A DNA stretch of 32,000 nucleotides from the NCBI RefSeq assembly GCF_000270205.1, contig NC_015913.1:720001-752000 (forward strand). The letters run 5' to 3'. The translations under genes and the position numbers were made by a program. Shown one piece after another: positions 26,884-32,000 of the stretch. Below the pieces are notes generated by a model. The model ran no database searches, was not told the origin of the DNA, and saw nothing but the letters and a program-made list of their open reading frames with translations. Each line of letters begins with the position of its first letter. Positions within the stretch are counted from its first letter, which is position 1. Origin of the DNA: Candidatus Arthromitus sp. SFB-mouse-Japan (lineage in GTDB: Bacteria > Bacillota > Clostridia > Clostridiales > Clostridiaceae).

Positions 26884-27309
26884 ATGATAGTTTCATATCC
26901 AGCTGTTTTTTATAAATATCAAGAAGGTAATTATGGTGTTTCACTACCTGATTTTGATGTTGCTACATGTGGAGAAGATTTAGAAGATGCAATAAAAATG
27001 GCAATTGAATGTCTTGCTGGAGAGATAAAATGGTGTAAAGAACAAGGTGAAGAAATTCCTAAACCAACTTTAGATTTAGATTTAGTTGAGGTTGATGAAA
27101 GGGATGAAGAAAATAATTATGTTGAATTTATCAAACAAATAATAACAGTTGATGCGGATGAGTATGCTAAAAAGTATTTTAATAAATCAGTAAAGAAAAA
27201 TTTAACTATACCTAAATGGTTGAATGATGAAGCGGTGGCATTGAATATAAATTTTTCTAAAGTTTTACAGAAAGCGTTATTAGATGAAATTAATCGCCTT
27301 AAAGATTAA
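26884..27309 (+). CDS. HicB-family antitoxin-like protein (N-terminal HicB/UPF0150 fold plus C-terminal RHH-like DNA-binding tail)
   Basis: MIVSYPAVFYKYQEGNYGVSLPDFDVATCGEDLEDAIKMAIECLAGEI is typical of the HicB N-domain. C-terminus NLTIPKWLNDEAVALNINFSKVLQKALLDEI is ribbon-helix-helix-like. GGAGG RBS at 26870-26874. Confidence 0.8.
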   Translation: MIVSYPAVFYKYQEGNYGVSLPDFDVATCGEDLEDAIKMAIECLAGEIKWCKEQGEEIPKPTLDLDLVEVDERDEENNYVEFIKQIITVDADEYAKKYFNKSVKKNLTIPKWLNDEAVALNINFSKVLQKALLDEINRLKD

Positions 27310-27370
27310 GAATACGGAATTGAAAAATAAGGTAAATAGTAACTTTATAATAATATGAAATTTTTAATTG

Positions 27371-27395
27371 AAGAGCTGTATAGCTCTTTTTTATT
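27371..27395 (+). terminator. Rho-independent terminator after hicB-like gene
   Basis: aagagc (27371-27376) pairs with gctctt (27383-27388), followed by ttttatttg. Confidence 0.6.
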
Positions 27396-27593
27396 TGATA
27401 TTAAAAACATTGTTGGCTTTAACTATATTTTCTTTCACAGGATTTGGTACATACAATTTTGGTATTAATGATATAAGAGTTGTACAAGCATTAACTATAT
27501 ATTATATAATAAGGGTAAATTTATATATCTTAAACAAGTAGAAGATTTTTTAATTTATTTAAAGCTGAAAAGTTGAAAAATTTTTAAAAGGTC

Positions 27594-27622
27594 TTGCATC
27601 GTTTTTCTAGGTATGTTATTAT
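27594..27622 (+). promoter_or_regulatory. Promoter of the beta-glucoside cassette (TTGCAT-17 nt-TATTAT)
   Basis: ttgcat 27594-27599, 17-nt spacer, tattat 27617-27622. Lies just upstream of the RAT element. Confidence 0.45.
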
Positions 27623-27643
27623 CTACTCAAATTAATAAGGAAC

Positions 27644-27675
27644 GGAAGACTATTACTGGTAGTGCAGGCAAGATC
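27644..27675 (+). promoter_or_regulatory. RAT (ribonucleic antiterminator) element, target of BglG/LicT-family antiterminators
   Basis: ggaagactattactggtagtgcaggcaagatc compared with the Bacillus RAT pattern GGATTGTTACTG-n6-CAGGCAAAACC. It shares TTACTG, a 6-nt loop and CAGGCAA. Its 3' half overlaps the 5' arm of the following terminator. Confidence 0.65.
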
Positions 27676-27734
27676 GGATGTAAGATTAGCTGATGTGTAA
27701 ATATCGTGTCAGTATTCTTATCCGGTCTTTTTTT
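27671..27734 (+). terminator. Leader terminator overlapping the RAT (conditional antitermination switch)
   Basis: Long imperfect hairpin: agatcggatgtaagattagctgatgtg pairs with atcgtgtcagtattcttatccggtct. Followed by a T7 run (27728-27734). Confidence 0.6.
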
Positions 27735-27806
27735 GTTCCTGATTTTCTGATGTTTTGATCAGAACTGACGAAAGCGAATTTCCAAATATATTTAAGGAGG
27801 GTATTT

Positions 27807-29726
27807 ATGGATTACAAGAAAATTGCCGGTGACATTATCCAGAACGTCGGCGGCAAGGAAAACATCAAGGGTATGACGTACTGTTTTACCAGGCTCCGCT
27901 TTGTATTGAAGGATAGTAAGAAAGTGGATAAGGCTGTTATAGAACGGTTGGAAGGTGTTATCTCTGTTGTGATTGCAGGCGGTCAATTCCAAGTTGTTTT
28001 GGGAAATAAAGTGACTAAAATCCATGACGCAGCGGTAGAACTTTTGGGCGGCGAGGTTGGCGAAAGTGGCGATACAAGCCATGTATCGGCAGAAAAGCAA
28101 AGCATCGGTAACGTGATTATTCAAAAGCTTGGTGAGATATTTACTCCACTGGTTCCAGCAATAGCGGCGGCTGGTCTTATTAAGGGCCTGCTGGCAGCAG
28201 CTGCGAAGATTCCTGGTTTTGATTCTACGGCCAGCACTTATGTCATTATGAACACCGCTAGTAATATTATTTTCTATTTTATGCCGATTTTCTTGGCCTT
28301 TACTACTGCAAAGGCACTTAAGTGCAATACCATTATTGCTATGATGTTAGGTGGATTTATTTGCCATCCCACTATTGACGCCATCGTACAGGATGTAGCG
28401 ACAAAGTCCAACATATTCGGACTACCAGTAATAAAAATGGCGTTTACTGTAGGTGAATCTTCTAGGGTATTTGCTTATACAGAGTCCGTTATACCGATTA
28501 TATTGGGAGTTATTGTCCTGAGCTTTCTGGAGAAATTCCTGAAAAAATATGTCCCTGAAATTCTCCAGCTGATCCTTGTTCCTGGTATTTCCTTGATTGT
28601 TATGGTACCAGTTATGCTGGTAGTTGTTGGTCCCGTGGGAATTTATGTTGGTTATATTGTTCAGTTTCTGTATACTGCACTTTACGGATTCAGTCCAATT
28701 TTGGGTGGTATCATAGTTGGCGGTCTGTGGGGTATATGTGTAATTTTTGGTGCACATCGTGCTCTTCTACCTATCGGTTTGAATGATGTAGCACTGACTG
28801 GTACGAATACGCTTATGTGCTTTGCCGGTTCCGCAAATTTTGCCCAGGCTGGTGCCGCGCTTGGAGTTATGTTCAAGACCAAAAGTGCGAACCTTAAACA
28901 GGTCTCCGCTTCTGCTGCACTTTCGGCCTGGCTGGTGGGTGTCACTGAACCTGCCGTTTATGGATGTAACCTTAGGCTGAAAAAGCCTATGATTTGTGCA
29001 GTTATTGCTGGTGCAGTAGGTGGTGCAATTATGGGAATTGGCCATGCAGTCAATACAGGCTTTGCCAACAATGGTATCTTGACTATTATGTCCTATTGGG
29101 GCGAAGGTACTAGTTTCGGGCAGTTTGTGGCATATATCCTTGGTATCTGCGTTGCTTTCTTCGGTTCAGCTGTGCTAACTTATATTGTAGGCTTTGAGGA
29201 TGATCCTATTGCTACTCCGGTGGTACAGTCTGCTATTGATACTCCTACGGATAATGTAACTGAGGTATCTGGCGACACTGTTCTCGTTTCTCCTGTAAAG
29301 GGAAGTGCTGTTGCACTCTCTCAGGTGGATGATAAGGTTTTTTCTACAGGTATGTTAGGACAGGGGTATGGTGTGATTCCAACGGAAGGAAAGATTGTGG
29401 CCCCTGCAGACTGTCAGATTCAGGTTATTCATAACACCAACCATGCAGTTGGACTGTTGACAGATGATGGTGTTGAACTATTGATCCATGTTGGTATCGA
29501 TACAGTCAAATTGAACGGTACACACTTCACTCGCGTTTCTAAAGACGGTACACATGTTGCTAAAGGAACGACACTACTTACTTTTGATATTGATAAAATC
29601 AAAGCTGCTGGTTATGATACTACTGTCGTTATTATTGTGACTAATTCTGATGACTATTCTGAGATCCGTACCATTACGACTGGGCAGGCTGATAGCAGCA
29701 AAAATGCCATAGCTGTTGTCCGCTAA
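27807..29726 (+). CDS. PTS beta-glucoside-specific transporter EIIBCA (BglP/BglF-like)
   Basis: EIIB active site YCFTRLRF near the N-terminus, a polytopic EIIC core, and a C-terminal EIIA with NHAVGL...LIHVGIDTVKLNG histidines. AAGGAGG RBS. Confidence 0.93.
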   Translation: MDYKKIAGDIIQNVGGKENIKGMTYCFTRLRFVLKDSKKVDKAVIERLEGVISVVIAGGQFQVVLGNKVTKIHDAAVELLGGEVGESGDTSHVSAEKQSIGNVIIQKLGEIFTPLVPAIAAAGLIKGLLAAAAKIPGFDSTASTYVIMNTASNIIFYFMPIFLAFTTAKALKCNTIIAMMLGGFICHPTIDAIVQDVATKSNIFGLPVIKMAFTVGESSRVFAYTESVIPIILGVIVLSFLEKFLKKYVPEILQLILVPGISLIVMVPVMLVVVGPVGIYVGYIVQFLYTALYGFSPILGGIIVGGLWGICVIFGAHRALLPIGLNDVALTGTNTLMCFAGSANFAQAGAALGVMFKTKSANLKQVSASAALSAWLVGVTEPAVYGCNLRLKKPMICAVIAGAVGGAIMGIGHAVNTGFANNGILTIMSYWGEGTSFGQFVAYILGICVAFFGSAVLTYIVGFEDDPIATPVVQSAIDTPTDNVTEVSGDTVLVSPVKGSAVALSQVDDKVFSTGMLGQGYGVIPTEGKIVAPADCQIQVIHNTNHAVGLLTDDGVELLIHVGIDTVKLNGTHFTRVSKDGTHVAKGTTLLTFDIDKIKAAGYDTTVVIIVTNSDDYSEIRTITTGQADSSKNAIAVVR

Positions 29727-29742
29727 ACATATTTTCTGATAG

Positions 29743-31167
<1,425 letters not shown>

Positions 31168-31180
31168 TAATATAGTGTTA

Positions 31181-31220
31181 AAGGTTGACTCTATTAAGAG
31201 TCAACCTTTTACTGTTTTTT
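31181..31220. terminator. Bidirectional terminator closing the bgl cassette and the convergent membrane protein gene
   Basis: aaggttgactc (31181-31191) pairs with gagtcaacctt (31198-31208), followed by ttactgtttttt. Confidence 0.7.
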
Positions 31221-31228
31221 AAAATTAC

Positions 31229-31963
31229 TTAAAGAAATAGTATGATTAAAAAATATATAAGTGGTTGATGAATAACATATAAAGCTAGGGAGTTGCGTCC
31301 TATCCATTCAAGAGATTTGATTTTACTTATTTTTAAATATTTAAGGAATCCTTGACGCTTGAATATTTGGTATGAAAAGTATCCTGAAATATATAAGAAT
31401 ATCCATGGCATTAAAGAAAAATAATCAGTTGAATAAAAGTTTGGCATAGGAAATCCTAGATATGTAGTTATAGAATTTTTGTATAGATTACTTGGTAATT
31501 TTATTAAATTTAAATTATTAAATCCAAGATAACCATCATTAATATTTTTTGTTAGGAGAAATAACGCAATAGAAAGAATTAATCCAAATATTGATGGAAA
31601 CTTTTCTAAAAATTTTTTTGCAGGAATTATTAAAATTGCACATGATCCAAGTAGTGTTAGAATGCCAAATCTTACTCGATTTTCTGGCGTTGCAATCATT
31701 GTGACTATCTCTATTAAAATTCCAAGTCCTAAAATTATAATACCTCTTTTAAGTTTTCTAGTACCTAGAGGTTCACAAAAACCAGAGATAAAGATAAATG
31801 TGTAACATATAAATTGTTGCCATATGTATGAGATTTCTGACTCAAACCAAGGTATATCAAATCTAAATATATAAACTAAATCCCAAATGAAATGATAGAT
31901 AATCATATTTATTACTGCAAATCCTCTTATTCCATCTAGAATAAAATATCTTTTTTCATTCAT
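31229..31963 (-). CDS. DUF1624 / heparan-alpha-glucosaminide N-acetyltransferase-like integral membrane protein
   Basis: MNEKRYFILDGIRGFAVINMIIYHFIWDL N-terminus and multiple TM helices. ATG 31963 is preferred over the track start 31996. Confidence 0.7.
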   Translation of the reverse strand: MNEKRYFILDGIRGFAVINMIIYHFIWDLVYIFRFDIPWFESEISYIWQQFICYTFIFISGFCEPLGTRKLKRGIIILGLGILIEIVTMIATPENRVRFGILTLLGSCAILIIPAKKFLEKFPSIFGLILSIALFLLTKNINDGYLGFNNLNLIKLPSNLYKNSITTYLGFPMPNFYSTDYFSLMPWIFLYISGYFSYQIFKRQGFLKYLKISKIKSLEWIGRNSLALYVIHQPLIYFLIILFL

Positions 31964-32000
31964 TTTGATATATCCTTTCAAGATTAAATTTAGCAAATGT

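Noticed and set aside
26744-26944. 66-aa minus-strand ORF overlapping the hicB promoter and start, considered as a possible HicA partner.
   Set aside because: The translation (…YINYKIHFTHLI) has no HicA features (no GSH motif or dsRBD-like pattern). It has no RBS and runs antisense through the hicB promoter.
27356-27475. Roughly 39-aa ORF (MKFLIEELYSSFLFD…) downstream of hicB.
   Set aside because: It spans the hicB terminator hairpin, has no RBS and is low complexity, so it is likely spurious.

Overview
This is AT-rich, low-GC Firmicutes-type chromosome (Clostridia/Tissierellia-like; genus not determinable). I did not find a convincing novel multi-gene system.

Layout:
- 1-5.6 kb: conserved housekeeping block ftsY-ylxM-ffh-rpsP-rimM-trmD-rplS-rbgA-rnhB.
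- 5.7-12.5 kb: decaying accessory stretch. It holds an OYE-type flavin oxidoreductase with one in-frame TGA, an inverted YraN-family gene, a small membrane protein and a short TetR. It also holds an MBL-fold hydrolase pseudogene, a collapsed type I R-M remnant, a GNAT fragment, an alpha/beta hydrolase lacking its nucleophile Ser, and an orphan secreted protein.
- 12.6-17.4 kb, minus strand: ribose operon rbsK-rbsD-rbsA-rbsC-rbsB, with rbsA frameshifted in a homopolymer.
- 17.5-26.2 kb: complete type I-C CRISPR-Cas locus (cas3-cas5c-cas8c-cas7c-cas4-cas1-cas2) plus a 14-repeat, 13-spacer array.
- 26.2-27.4 kb: an interrupted DUF2442-like ORF and an orphan HicB-like antitoxin.
- 27.6-31.2 kb: a clearly GC-richer beta-glucoside cassette (promoter, RAT/terminator, PTS EIIBCA, GH1 6-phospho-beta-glucosidase).
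- 31.2-32 kb, minus strand: a DUF1624-like membrane acyltransferase.

Most checkable observations: the likely horizontally acquired bgl cassette with no antiterminator gene in cis, an internal SD+GTG in cas8c consistent with a nested Cas11c, nonsense-dominated (mostly TAA) gene decay, and the orphan HicB with a palindrome inside a consensus promoter. All calls rest on reading the translations and sequence by eye; no database search was run.
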